Shown in pieces: positions 29,478 to 39,899 of a stretch of 64,000 bases of DNA. The stretch is from Chitinophagaceae bacterium (GTDB lineage: Bacteria; Bacteroidota; Bacteroidia; Chitinophagales; Chitinophagaceae), in NCBI GenBank assembly GCA_037718865.1, contig JBBJMP010000017.1, positions 12,926-76,925 of the forward strand, written 5' to 3'. The stretch's first letter is position 1. Each line of letters opens with the position of its first letter. Both the position numbers and the translations under genes were made by a program. The notes below the pieces were generated by a model. The model was given only the letters and a program-made list of their open reading frames with translations. It was not told the origin of the DNA and ran no database searches.

Positions 29478-32477
29478 GTGTATATGTTTTATTCATTTGT
29501 CGTTAGCCACCTTTTCGCAAATAAAGAGTTAACGGGAAAAATAACTGATGATAAAGATGGATCTCCATTAGTGAATGCCTCCATTTCGGTAAAAGGCACC
29601 AAAATAGCAACACAAACCGGATCGAATGGCAGTTTTACGATCTCTGTTCCTTCTTCTGCTACCACCTTAATTATTTCTTCTGTAAACTACACCAGCCAGG
29701 AAATAGATATAACCAATAAATCAACAGTTGAGGTTGCTTTAGCATCTGCCGCTACAAATTTGATGGATGTGGTGGTTATTGGTTATGCAACTGTTAGAAA
29801 GACAGACGTTACTTCCTCCGTAAGTAAGGTTACTGAAAAGGAGTTTAACAAAGGGCCTTTTCAAAGTGTAGATCAACTGATACAAGGTAAAGTACCGGGA
29901 TTAAATATCAATAGAAGTGGTAATGATCCCAACGCGGCACCCAGCATCATTTTAAGAGGGGTAGGATCATTTGGTGGAAGCACGGCTCCTTTTTATGTAA
30001 TTGATGGAGTACCTGCATTAAATAATGAAATAATTAATTCTATTTCTCCGGATAACATTGCTTCCGTAGACGTATTAAAAGATGCGTCCGCTACAGCGAT
30101 ATATGGAACCCGAGGTGCCAATGGAGTAATTGTAATTACAACCAAAAAAGCGATGGCCGGTCAGTCGTTCATCACTTACAGTGGTCAGTATGGTGTTGAC
30201 GAAGTTTCCAAAAGATTTGAGGTAGCCTCAATTGAACAGCTTAGAACTTACCTTGCTGCTAAAAACCGAACTATTCCCACCGCTGCTGATGATAAAGCCA
30301 ATACTGACTGGCAGAAAGTGATAACACGAACAGGCCAGACTCAAAGTCATAATCTATCCTTTGGCGGAGGTAGTTCTAATGCCAGGTATATTGCTTCCAT
30401 AAATTATTTTGATCAAAAGGGTGTAATAAAAACGAGTTCCAATAACCGGCTAACGGGAAGGCTTAATGCTGATTTCGCTCAGTTGAACAATAAATTACGT
30501 TTGGGATTGCAGTTGCTCGCGGGGCTTACTACCAGCAGATATGTAAATCCAAGTCAGGCTCTTGGCAATGCATTAAGATATTCACCAGCGGCAAATGTCT
30601 ATACTTCAGAGGGTAAATACCGTCAAACCGGTCAGTTAGGGGATTATAATCCGCTTTCTTTACTGGAATCATTTAATGATACAAAAAAAGGTACCACTTT
30701 TTCCGGAACAGCAACAGTGGCTTTAGATCTTTTACCCGGTTTGACTTATAACCTGACCGGTACCTATCAGAGAGATCTGCAATATGGAAAAGTTTTTGCG
30801 ACAGATGATTATCCGGATCAAAGTGGTTTAAATATTGCTAATGGCATTAACGGCCAAACCGGTTACCAGGCACGTCAGTATCAGAATTTTAACGAAAGAA
30901 AATTAGTAGAGACCTATTTAAATTATACAAAGACCTTAGGTTCAGTTAATCTTCGTGCATTAGCCGGTTATTCATGGCAGAACGATCAGACAGATGGCTT
31001 TGGTGCAGCAACACAAGACATCATTTCCAGCAGTACCGGTGCTAATAACCTTGCTCTTTCAAATCCTTCGGCGGGCTATAATGGTGTTACTAGCTCTAAT
31101 CTGGATAATGACCGTCTCATTTCTTTTTTTGGACGAGTTGAAGCAGGGTTTTTTGATAAGTATTTAATAACTGCTACTTATCGCAGGGATGGTTCTAACA
31201 AATTTGGGGCTAACAACCGTTGGGCAAATTTCCCCGCCGCCTCCGTTGCGTGGAAAATAATTAAAGAAGAATTTATGCAGGGTCAGGCATTATTTTCTGA
31301 CTTGAAACTACGTATTGGCTATGGTGTTTCCGGTGAAAAAAACCTCCCTAATTATGCGTCTGTTTACCGGTATACAAATAGTGGTTACGGCCGTTTCTAT
31401 TATGATGGCGCTTTTGTACCTGCTATAGGTTTAAACAACTCTTTTGACCCTAATCCCGATCTAAAATGGCAGAGTACATTTGTTTTAAATGGGGGTATTG
31501 ATTTTGCCTTTCTTAAAAACAGAATAACCGGCTCGCTGGATTTTTACCAGAAGAATTCCAAAGATCTGTTGTATAGGGTTAACGTTGGCGCAGGCAGTAT
31601 AGGAGCTGGTGGTCAACTTATCAGAATAGGAAGACAATGGCAAAATGTTGGAGAAGTGGAAAATAAAGGAGTGGAATTTCAGTTGAACTACCAGGCAATC
31701 AGAGGCGATGATTTTAACTGGAATACCAGTATTAATGCGGCTTATAATAAAGGAAAGGTTATTAGTGTTACTACCAGTCTTAATGATTCTATTGATTATA
31801 GCTATATACAGGGAGCAGGTTTAACCGATGTTTTTACCCAAAGATTATATGCCGGTTCGGAATTAGGCGCTTTTTATTTGTACGAATGGATTGGAACCGC
31901 ACCTGATGGAAAGCAAATATTTATAAACGGAGCTAAACAAACAATAACAGGCGTAAGTAAATTGAACAATAGACGAGATCAGCAAGCTAAATTCGGATCT
32001 TCCATGCCTAAGTTAACTGTAGGCTGGACTAACAATTTTGGGTATAAAAACCTTGACCTCAGTATTTTTCTGAGAGGTCAGTTTGGCAATAAAATAATGA
32101 ATCTGACTGCTTTGCAGCTAGACCGGTCTTCGGCTTATTATGCAGGGAAAAATATTCCGGTAAGGTTCTTAAACGAAAATAACTCGGAAGAAACTCCGGC
32201 TCCGTCTACTAAATATCTGGAGAATGGCAATTTTCTAAGGCTTGATAATATTACCCTTGGGTATAACTTGCCCAAATTCAATTCCACATTAAAGTCGTTT
32301 CGTGTATTTGTAACTGTGCTCAATGCTGCAACCTTTACCAATTATTCAGGAGTTGATCCTGAATTAAGCTTAAACTTTAACCAGGCAAATGATACCAACG
32401 CCTTAGCTGGCGGAAATGATTTTAATATTTACCCTAAAACCCGCACATATACATTCGGATTAAACATAGGGTTGTAA
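29478..32477 (+). CDS. SusC/RagA-family TonB-linked outer membrane protein; its signal peptide is encoded out of frame
   Basis: CarboxypepD_reg-like LTGKITDDKDGSPLVNASISVKGT, plug VVIGYATVRK and LKDASATAIYGTRGANGVIVITTKK, and a barrel ending ...FGLNIGL. ATG 29452 encodes MTKFSKILLCICFIHLSLATFSQ in another frame. Confidence 0.85.
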   Translation: MYMFYSFVVSHLFANKELTGKITDDKDGSPLVNASISVKGTKIATQTGSNGSFTISVPSSATTLIISSVNYTSQEIDITNKSTVEVALASAATNLMDVVVIGYATVRKTDVTSSVSKVTEKEFNKGPFQSVDQLIQGKVPGLNINRSGNDPNAAPSIILRGVGSFGGSTAPFYVIDGVPALNNEIINSISPDNIASVDVLKDASATAIYGTRGANGVIVITTKKAMAGQSFITYSGQYGVDEVSKRFEVASIEQLRTYLAAKNRTIPTAADDKANTDWQKVITRTGQTQSHNLSFGGGSSNARYIASINYFDQKGVIKTSSNNRLTGRLNADFAQLNNKLRLGLQLLAGLTTSRYVNPSQALGNALRYSPAANVYTSEGKYRQTGQLGDYNPLSLLESFNDTKKGTTFSGTATVALDLLPGLTYNLTGTYQRDLQYGKVFATDDYPDQSGLNIANGINGQTGYQARQYQNFNERKLVETYLNYTKTLGSVNLRALAGYSWQNDQTDGFGAATQDIISSSTGANNLALSNPSAGYNGVTSSNLDNDRLISFFGRVEAGFFDKYLITATYRRDGSNKFGANNRWANFPAASVAWKIIKEEFMQGQALFSDLKLRIGYGVSGEKNLPNYASVYRYTNSGYGRFYYDGAFVPAIGLNNSFDPNPDLKWQSTFVLNGGIDFAFLKNRITGSLDFYQKNSKDLLYRVNVGAGSIGAGGQLIRIGRQWQNVGEVENKGVEFQLNYQAIRGDDFNWNTSINAAYNKGKVISVTTSLNDSIDYSYIQGAGLTDVFTQRLYAGSELGAFYLYEWIGTAPDGKQIFINGAKQTITGVSKLNNRRDQQAKFGSSMPKLTVGWTNNFGYKNLDLSIFLRGQFGNKIMNLTALQLDRSSAYYAGKNIPVRFLNENNSEETPAPSTKYLENGNFLRLDNITLGYNLPKFNSTLKSFRVFVTVLNAATFTNYSGVDPELSLNFNQANDTNALAGGNDFNIYPKTRTYTFGLNIGL

Positions 32478-32489
32478 AATGAATGATAT

Positions 32490-32497
32490 TAATTTAA
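32490..32497. repeat. Target-site duplication TAATTTAA (left copy)
   Basis: The same 8-mer is present at 33485-33492, directly flanking the IS termini. Confidence 0.8.
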
Positions 32498-33484
32498 TAG
32501 GGTTATCCATTTAAGTCGCATTTGCTTTATAGGCGTAGGGTTCATGTTGCATCATTCTCTCAATCAGCTTGTGCCAGATGGTTGGTAGAAAGTTTCTCCG
32601 GTTAAATCTGAAGAAGAATTCATCTAAATATCCGTTCATGAATCTTTCTGAACACTTATGATGTATACCTCTTAGCCATCCTTTCAAATTCATGATTAAA
32701 TAATGCAATCCCATAAAGTTTTTCCCTTTACTTGAGGGCTTTTGCTTGATTTCAAATTCACTTTCCAGTGGCCAGTAACCCCTCCATTGATCCGTCTTAA
32801 TCTGGGTGTTATCTTTGTCAATATATTTCTCGAAGAAAGGCTTAAAGCTTTCTGCACTGGCATCTTCAATCGTTTGTGCATAGGCTCGTCCTATTTTATC
32901 TCCTTGTACTTTTTCAACTGCCATCACTACCAGCTTCTTATCTCCCTTGCTTCTTCCGCGTTCGCCCTCATCTACTCCCCCAATCATCAATTCATCCACT
33001 TCTACATGACCACTAAGAAGATGTTTGCCGCTGCTTGCCATTGCCTCCTGTGCCTTTCGTTTAAACAACCAGGAAGATTTTTGATTGATGCCGTATTCAT
33101 TAGCCAATTCTATGGTTGACATTCCTTTTTTGCGCACAGAGATCCGAAAGTTAATCCCAAAAGCCTTCAGCAGCGGGATCTTCATCTTGTGAAACAATGT
33201 GTGTGCTGTGACAGATTCATCATACCCGCACTGTGTACATCGCAAATGAAACCGAGTCTTGCCTTTGCAGCTTTTCTTCCCATTGCAATTGCGGCATCGA
33301 TAACCGTCATTCCATTTTAAATCAAACAGATACTGCCTGCAATCATCTTCACTTGTAAAGAACTTATTAAACTCACTAATGGTGATTCCCTGAAACATAC
33401 TCAAATATTTAGTACAAATATACTAAATTTATTAGCTAAGTTCTATTTCTTATCTTCGCTTTGCGCTCTATCTGGATAACCCTA
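32498..33484 (-). mobile_element. IS1595-family insertion sequence, complete (987 bp)
   Basis: 12-bp perfect terminal inverted repeats TAGGGTTATCCA (32498-32509 and the reverse complement of 33473-33484). It carries a single transposase ORF and an 8-bp TSD. Confidence 0.9.
32511..33404 (-). CDS. IS1595-family transposase (zinc-ribbon plus DDE)
   Basis: 297 aa. N-terminal CRNCNG...CTQCG zinc ribbon. DDE_Tnp_IS1595-like core (VEVDELMIGG..., KTDQWRGY, ...LDEFFFRFNRR). Confidence 0.9.
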   Translation of the reverse strand: MSMFQGITISEFNKFFTSEDDCRQYLFDLKWNDGYRCRNCNGKKSCKGKTRFHLRCTQCGYDESVTAHTLFHKMKIPLLKAFGINFRISVRKKGMSTIELANEYGINQKSSWLFKRKAQEAMASSGKHLLSGHVEVDELMIGGVDEGERGRSKGDKKLVVMAVEKVQGDKIGRAYAQTIEDASAESFKPFFEKYIDKDNTQIKTDQWRGYWPLESEFEIKQKPSSKGKNFMGLHYLIMNLKGWLRGIHHKCSERFMNGYLDEFFFRFNRRNFLPTIWHKLIERMMQHEPYAYKANAT

Positions 33485-33492
33485 TAATTTAA
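33485..33492. repeat. Target-site duplication TAATTTAA (right copy)
   Basis: Matches 32490-32497. Confidence 0.8.
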
Positions 33493-33503
33493 AATTAAAT
33501 TGT

Positions 33504-35045
33504 ATGAAGCCATATAAAAATGGATCAATTTTCGTTGCAGCAGTAATTAGCTTCCTCTCCCTGTTTTCCTGCACTAAATTGGATACTCCGCCTCAAAGTG
33601 AATTAACCGAAGATCTCTTTCCTAAAACCTCCAGTGATTTTGTTTACTTAACCGGTCCTGTCTATACCTCATTGAGGGCTTATCCTGAGAATATCTGGAA
33701 CCCACAGGAGTCAGCTACCGATGAAATGACTGCTCCTACCCGCGGCAGCGACTGGGGTGACGGAGGTAAATGGAGAAATATGCATTACCATACTTTTAAT
33801 CCAAACATTGACCTTTTTGGCGCCGCCTGGACGTGGGGTTTCGGTGGAATTGCAACAACAAATGGCATCATTTCTATTGTTAAAGGTACACCTGCTTCTC
33901 CGGAAAGAGATTTGACCATTGCAGAGCTGCAAACAATGAGGTCTTTTTATTATTTCATTTTGATGGATATGTTTGGTAATATTCCGATCATACTTGATAC
34001 CACCAGAAATGCTGCTCCGCCTACCAGGCCCCGTACTGAGGTTTGGAATTTCATAGTCAGTGACTTAACATCTGCTCTTCCTTTCTTAAGTACCAATGTA
34101 AATCAATCTACTTACGGCCGTCCTACAAAATATTTAGCTGAGATAATTTTGGCAAAAATGTATTTGAATGCTCCCGTTTATATCGGATCAGCCAAATTAG
34201 ACGAGGCGGATGCCGTATTAAATGATATAATCACCAGCGGAAAATATGCCTTGGAGGGAAACCCGTTAACTATGTTCAGACCTGAAAACGGACCCGCTGT
34301 TACAGAAGCCATTTTTTCCATACCTTATGACGCTACAATTGCTACAGGTGCCAACCACTTTTCTACACGAACACTTCACCCGCGAAACAGGCAGACATAT
34401 AATTTGCCTTATGATCCCTGGAATGGCTTCTGTACACTGGCTAATTTTTACGACAGTTATTCTGCATCGGATAACCGTGCTAATCAGTGGTTGATCGGAC
34501 CTCAAAGATCTGCTGCCGGCAATCAGCTGTTTGATGGAAATTATCCGGTGAATTTTACTAAAGCCCTTGCCCAGCCTGATCCTAGCGATGTTTTTAATGT
34601 AGGAGGCGATGGGCCGGGAAGAAGCAGCGGTGTAAGAAATATTAAATATTTTCCCGATTCCAAGGCCAATAGCAGTACAAGGACGGCAAACAATGACTAT
34701 TTGGTGTTTCGCTTTTCTGACGCTGTGTTAATGAAGGCTGAAGTGGAATTACGTAAAGGAGGAACTGTGAGTAGTGCCACATTAGGTCGTGTGAACACTA
34801 TCAGATCCCGTGCCGGTGTTTCCCCATATGCTATACTTGACCTGGACGAGCTATATAATGAAAGGGGCCGTGAGTTTAGCTGGGAAAGCTGGAGGCGAAA
34901 CGATATGATCCGCTTCGGTCATTGGGAAGATGCCTTTGGATTTAATCCCGGTACTGCTGGCCAAACACATAAAAGAATATTCCCTATTCCTTCAGGTCAA
35001 TTGGCGATTAATCCCGGGCTAAGGCAAAACCCCGGATATCAATGA
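33504..35045 (+). CDS. SusD/RagB-family nutrient-binding outer membrane lipoprotein
   Basis: 513 aa with lipoprotein signal (LSLFSC). C-terminal ERGREFSWESWRRNDMIRFG motif. Confidence 0.9.
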   Translation: MKPYKNGSIFVAAVISFLSLFSCTKLDTPPQSELTEDLFPKTSSDFVYLTGPVYTSLRAYPENIWNPQESATDEMTAPTRGSDWGDGGKWRNMHYHTFNPNIDLFGAAWTWGFGGIATTNGIISIVKGTPASPERDLTIAELQTMRSFYYFILMDMFGNIPIILDTTRNAAPPTRPRTEVWNFIVSDLTSALPFLSTNVNQSTYGRPTKYLAEIILAKMYLNAPVYIGSAKLDEADAVLNDIITSGKYALEGNPLTMFRPENGPAVTEAIFSIPYDATIATGANHFSTRTLHPRNRQTYNLPYDPWNGFCTLANFYDSYSASDNRANQWLIGPQRSAAGNQLFDGNYPVNFTKALAQPDPSDVFNVGGDGPGRSSGVRNIKYFPDSKANSSTRTANNDYLVFRFSDAVLMKAEVELRKGGTVSSATLGRVNTIRSRAGVSPYAILDLDELYNERGREFSWESWRRNDMIRFGHWEDAFGFNPGTAGQTHKRIFPIPSGQLAINPGLRQNPGYQ

Positions 35046-38000
35046 TCACTACAGATTGTTTTACTTTTTATATCTACTTTATTTTTAAGCCAAAGGTATT
35101 CTTATCCGCATTTCTTTTATCATATTTAATAGCATGCAGCTACAATGAGTCTGATCAGGAATACCAACCACCTGCGAATGCTTTATTCCTTTTAATGCCT
35201 TCCACCGAAACCGGTATTATTTTTGAAAATTCAGTTGCAGACACCAAAAAATTTAATGTTTTTAAATACAGGAATTTTTATAATGGCGGCGGTGTGGCCA
35301 TCGGTGATATTAATAACGATGGGTTACCTGATGTTTATTTTACCGCCAATCAAAAAAAGAACAAGCTTTACCTGAACAAAGGGAATTTCAAGTTTGAAGA
35401 CATTACAGATAAGTCCGGCGTGGCAGGTAACAGGTTCTGGAGTACCGGCGTAACTATGGCTGATGTGAACGCCGACGGATGGCTGGATATTTACGTATGC
35501 CATAGTGGTGATCTTGCAGGTGAAAGCAGGGAGAATGAATTATTTATTAACCAGCACAACGGAAAGTTTACAGAAGAAGCAAAGAAATATGGATTGGACG
35601 AACCCTACGGATTAACGACCCATGCGGCTTTTTTTGACTATGATGGAGATGGTGATCTGGACTGTTATATATTAAACAATAGCTACCGGCCTATTGAAAG
35701 TTTCGGGTATGATAGGAACCTGCGTAACATTCGTGATCCCAAAGGAGGTGGTAAGTTGTATAGAAATGATGAAGGGAAGTTTAAAGACGTTAGCGAAACT
35801 GCCGGCATCTATGGCAGTGAAATCGGATTTGGAATGGGTGTAACCATAGGTGATGTTAATGGCGATAAATGGCCTGACATTTATATAAGCAACGATTTTT
35901 TTGAAAGAGACTATCTCTATATTAACTTGCTCAACGGTGTATTTAAAGAAGTGCTGGAAGATCAAATAGGCAGTACAAGCCTTAGCAGTATGGGAGCGGA
36001 TATGGCCGATATCAATAACGACGGCCTTATGGATATTTTTTCAACAGACATGTTGCCTGAAGATGACTATCGTTTAAAAACAACTACAAAATTTGACAAT
36101 TTTGATGTTTTCAATGCAAAGCTAAAAAACGATTTCCATCACCAGTTTACAAGAAATATGCTGCAGTTAAATAATGGTAATGGAACCTTTAGTGAGATTG
36201 GGCGGTTAGCCAATGTCTATCAAACTGACTGGAGTTGGGGAGCGCTTATTTTTGATTTTGACAATGATGGATGGAATGACCTGTTCGTATCAAATGGTAT
36301 TAGTAAAGACTTAACTGACCAGGATTATATAGATTATTTTAGTAATACCGTTCAGAGAGACCATGCAGAAAAAAACCTTCCTGATTTCAAAATACTGCTG
36401 GATAAAATGAAGGCCACTAAAATTCCTAACTATGCTTTCATTAATCAAAAGAATTTACAATTCAAAAACCAATCGAATGAACTTGGTTTGGCACAGCCAT
36501 CATTCAGTAACGGTGCAGCATATTCTGATCTGGATAACGATGGCGACCTGGATCTCGTAGTGAACAATGAAAATATGCCCTGCTTTGTTTACAAAAACAG
36601 AAGTAATGAGAAGGAAGGCTTCAACTATTTAAAGGTACAATTGAAAGGTGTTGGAATGAACACTTACGGCATTGGGACAGAAGTGAGCATTTATACAAAA
36701 GAGGGAATACAGGTAAGAATGCAAATGCCGTCCCGTGGCTTTGAAAGCTCAGTAGAACCTGTATTACAGTTTGGATTGGGTAAGTTCACGAATATTGATA
36801 GCCTCTATGTAATTTGGCCAAATCAAAAAAAGCAAATATTAAAGGGAGTAAAATCAAATCAGACAATTATCCTTAACCAGGCAGATGCAAACCAGCTATC
36901 TCAATTTCAGCAATCAGTTGAAAATACCCTGTTTTCCAGAGATACAACCGTTCTTATTGGTCATGCGGAGCATGTAGAGAACCTATACGTTGATTTTGAT
37001 GCAGAATTATTACTGCCCGCCATGATTTCGCTGGAAGGTCCAAAATGCACTACAGGAGATATTAATGGGGACGGTTTGGAGGATATGGTTTTAGGCGGTG
37101 CAAAGGGCGATAAAGTAAAAATGGTGATTCAAAGGCGGGATGGAAAATTCGTTGTACGTACTTCACCGGAAATCCAGCTAACGAAACAATTTTATGAGGA
37201 TGCCGGCCTTGCGCTATTTGATATCGACAGAGATAAAGATTTGGATTTGATGATAGCATCCGGTGGAAATGAACCGGCAAATAAGGGAGTGCCCATTTTA
37301 CAAGCAAGGTTGTATATTAATGACGGTAAAGGTAATTTTAGCAACGGCATCAGGAAAATGCCAACTGTAGCGACGAATGCCTCCTGCATCAGGCCTTATG
37401 ATTTTGATGGAGACGGAGATACGGATGTATTTATCGGCGGCAGAAGCACACCTGGTAACTATGGAAAAATACCACCTTCATATATTTTGCAAAACGATGG
37501 TAAAGGTAATTTCTCAGACGTAACGGCAAAACTTGCACCTGGCATTCTTCAAGCAGGAATGATAACAGATGCCACATGGGCAGATATTGATGGAGATAAA
37601 AATCAAGAGTTGATTGTTTCCGGGGAATGGATGCCTATGCAGGCTTATAGTTACGTTAGTGGAAAATTTGTAAGGATGAAGTTAGGTGGAGTGGATAGTG
37701 CCTTCGGCTGGTGGAATGTTGTTAAAGCTGTTGATATTGATAATGATGGAGATGTTGATCTGATAGCCGGCAACCTGGGACTTAATTCTAAATTTAAAGC
37801 TGATGACCGGCATCCGGTTGAGATGTATGCCGCAGATTTTGATAGTAACGGCAGTTCTGAAACTATTATTACTTTATACAAAAATGATAGTGTTTCTTAT
37901 CCTATTAATTTACGTGGTGAAATGGTTTCCCAATTGCCCATGCTTAAAAAGAAATTTTTACTACATAGCGAATATGCCGGTAAAAAAATAAACCAGGTAT

Positions 38001-38416
38001 TTACGCACGTTCAGTTATCAAAGTCAAAACAGTACAAAGCCAACTGTTTTGCAAGCTGCGTTTTCATGAATGATGGCAAAGGTAATTTTATAAAAAAAGA
38101 ATTACCTGTACAAGCACAATTTTCTCCTGTATATACGATTCTGGTTAATGACTTTAATAAGGATGGACAAAAAGATATTTTTGTAGCGGGTAACTTAAGT
38201 GGGATTAAGCCTGAGACAGGCCGTTATGATGCAAATTATGGACAATTATATTATGGGGATGGTAAGGGTGATTTTCGCTTTATAAAATCTGTTGAGTCCG
38301 GAATACTATTACAAGGAGAAGCTCGGGATGCAGTAATTCTAAAAACTGTTAATGGTAAATCATACCTTGTAGTAACTATGAATAATGAACGTCCCTGTTT
38401 TTTTAGATTTAATTAA
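35042..38416 (+). CDS. VCBS/FG-GAP repeat protein with ASPIC/UnbV domain (CRTAC1-like)
   Basis: 1124 aa with many DxDGDGxxD FG-GAP/VCBS repeats and a central UnbV_ASPIC-like block (GIGTEVSIYTKEG...LQFGLG). Its start overlaps the SusD stop (ATGA). Confidence 0.9.
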   Translation: MITTDCFTFYIYFIFKPKVFLSAFLLSYLIACSYNESDQEYQPPANALFLLMPSTETGIIFENSVADTKKFNVFKYRNFYNGGGVAIGDINNDGLPDVYFTANQKKNKLYLNKGNFKFEDITDKSGVAGNRFWSTGVTMADVNADGWLDIYVCHSGDLAGESRENELFINQHNGKFTEEAKKYGLDEPYGLTTHAAFFDYDGDGDLDCYILNNSYRPIESFGYDRNLRNIRDPKGGGKLYRNDEGKFKDVSETAGIYGSEIGFGMGVTIGDVNGDKWPDIYISNDFFERDYLYINLLNGVFKEVLEDQIGSTSLSSMGADMADINNDGLMDIFSTDMLPEDDYRLKTTTKFDNFDVFNAKLKNDFHHQFTRNMLQLNNGNGTFSEIGRLANVYQTDWSWGALIFDFDNDGWNDLFVSNGISKDLTDQDYIDYFSNTVQRDHAEKNLPDFKILLDKMKATKIPNYAFINQKNLQFKNQSNELGLAQPSFSNGAAYSDLDNDGDLDLVVNNENMPCFVYKNRSNEKEGFNYLKVQLKGVGMNTYGIGTEVSIYTKEGIQVRMQMPSRGFESSVEPVLQFGLGKFTNIDSLYVIWPNQKKQILKGVKSNQTIILNQADANQLSQFQQSVENTLFSRDTTVLIGHAEHVENLYVDFDAELLLPAMISLEGPKCTTGDINGDGLEDMVLGGAKGDKVKMVIQRRDGKFVVRTSPEIQLTKQFYEDAGLALFDIDRDKDLDLMIASGGNEPANKGVPILQARLYINDGKGNFSNGIRKMPTVATNASCIRPYDFDGDGDTDVFIGGRSTPGNYGKIPPSYILQNDGKGNFSDVTAKLAPGILQAGMITDATWADIDGDKNQELIVSGEWMPMQAYSYVSGKFVRMKLGGVDSAFGWWNVVKAVDIDNDGDVDLIAGNLGLNSKFKADDRHPVEMYAADFDSNGSSETIITLYKNDSVSYPINLRGEMVSQLPMLKKKFLLHSEYAGKKINQVFTHVQLSKSKQYKANCFASCVFMNDGKGNFIKKELPVQAQFSPVYTILVNDFNKDGQKDIFVAGNLSGIKPETGRYDANYGQLYYGDGKGDFRFIKSVESGILLQGEARDAVILKTVNGKSYLVVTMNNERPCFFRFN

Positions 38417-38483
38417 TACTGAAACCAATTTTTTTGCAGGTAACCAACCACAACTTCTTTACATACTTTAACATACATTTCCA

Positions 38484-39839
38484 ATGAATACAAACAGACG
38501 AAAATTTTTGCAAAATGCAAGTCAGATAGCTGCAGGATTAGGATTTGCATCAATACCCGGTTCTATTATTGCGTCAAACGTATCAGATGAAATGACCATC
38601 CCTGAGAAAAATCCGCCTGCAGAACTGATAAGAATTGGTTTAATCGGTTGTAATAGTATGGGGTGGGCCGATTTAAGTTCTACCTTAACCCATAGCGGTG
38701 TTGAATGCGTTGCCCTTTGCGATATAGATAACAATGTACTCAACCGGAGAGCGGCAGACCTGGAAAAGAAAACAGGCAAGCGAGCTGCCTTATACGGCGA
38801 TTACAGAAAATTATTGGAGAATAAGGACATTGATGCGGTAATAATAGGTACGCCTGACCACTGGCATTGCCTGCAAATGATTCATTCGTGTGAGGCGGGA
38901 AAAGATGTGTATGTGGAGAAACCAATAGCCAATACTATAGAAGAATGTAACCTGATGGTGGCTGCAAAAAACAGGTATAACAAGGTTGTACAAGTGGGCC
39001 AATGGCAACGCAGCGACCCACATTGGATTAGTGCGCTCAATTATTTGCGTTCAGGAAAACTTGGCAAGATCCGTACTGCGAAAACATGGGCTTATGTAAG
39101 TTATGGCAGAAACTTTCTTCCAAAACCAGACCAACCGGCACCTGCTGGTGTTGATTATGACATGTGGCTGGGTCCCGCTCCGAAAAGGCAGTTCAATCCA
39201 AACCGTTTCCATGGTAGCTTCCGTTACTTCTGGGATTATGCAGGAGGTTTAATGACAGACTGGGGCGTGCATATGATCGATATGGTTTTGGGGGGTATGA
39301 ATGTTACTGCACCCATATCGGTAGCGGCCATAGGAGGTAAGTATGGTTTTCCTGACAGTGCCGCGGAAACACCCGATACTATGCAGGTTGTATATGATTT
39401 TGGTAATTTCTCCATGTTATGGGATCAGGCTCTTGGCACCGGAAGGGAACCTTATAATCGAAATGCAGGTCAACCCGGAGTTGCCTTTATTGGAAACAAT
39501 GGAACACTTGTTATTGACAGAGACAAATGGGAAGTATACCCTGAAGCGGATAGTGATACATTTTTAATGGAATCTATTCCAGCACATGTACAAAAATTGA
39601 ATGGCCTTGATTTCCATACCCAAAATTTTCTTGACTGCATAAAATCCCGCCAGCAACCAAACTGTTCTATTGAAATGGGTCGCAATGCTGCTGTCAATGC
39701 CCAGCTGGGAAATATTGCCTATAAATCGGGAGGAAAACTTTTTTGGGATGAGAAAAAAAATGTTATTATAAACGATTTAAAAGCCGAAGACATGGCTAAA
39801 GCCAGGTACAGGGCCCCATGGAAATTGCCAACACTCTAG
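38484..39839 (+). CDS. Gfo/Idh/MocA-family oxidoreductase with Tat signal
   Basis: NRRKFLQNASQIAAGLGF Tat motif, Rossmann IGLIGCNSMG, IIGTPDHWH and EKP motifs. Confidence 0.9.
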   Translation: MNTNRRKFLQNASQIAAGLGFASIPGSIIASNVSDEMTIPEKNPPAELIRIGLIGCNSMGWADLSSTLTHSGVECVALCDIDNNVLNRRAADLEKKTGKRAALYGDYRKLLENKDIDAVIIGTPDHWHCLQMIHSCEAGKDVYVEKPIANTIEECNLMVAAKNRYNKVVQVGQWQRSDPHWISALNYLRSGKLGKIRTAKTWAYVSYGRNFLPKPDQPAPAGVDYDMWLGPAPKRQFNPNRFHGSFRYFWDYAGGLMTDWGVHMIDMVLGGMNVTAPISVAAIGGKYGFPDSAAETPDTMQVVYDFGNFSMLWDQALGTGREPYNRNAGQPGVAFIGNNGTLVIDRDKWEVYPEADSDTFLMESIPAHVQKLNGLDFHTQNFLDCIKSRQQPNCSIEMGRNAAVNAQLGNIAYKSGGKLFWDEKKNVIINDLKAEDMAKARYRAPWKLPTL

Positions 39840-39899
39840 GTAATTCTTAAATAATTTTGCTATGCTTGTTATAATTTTATGATTTAAAACCAAGAATAC

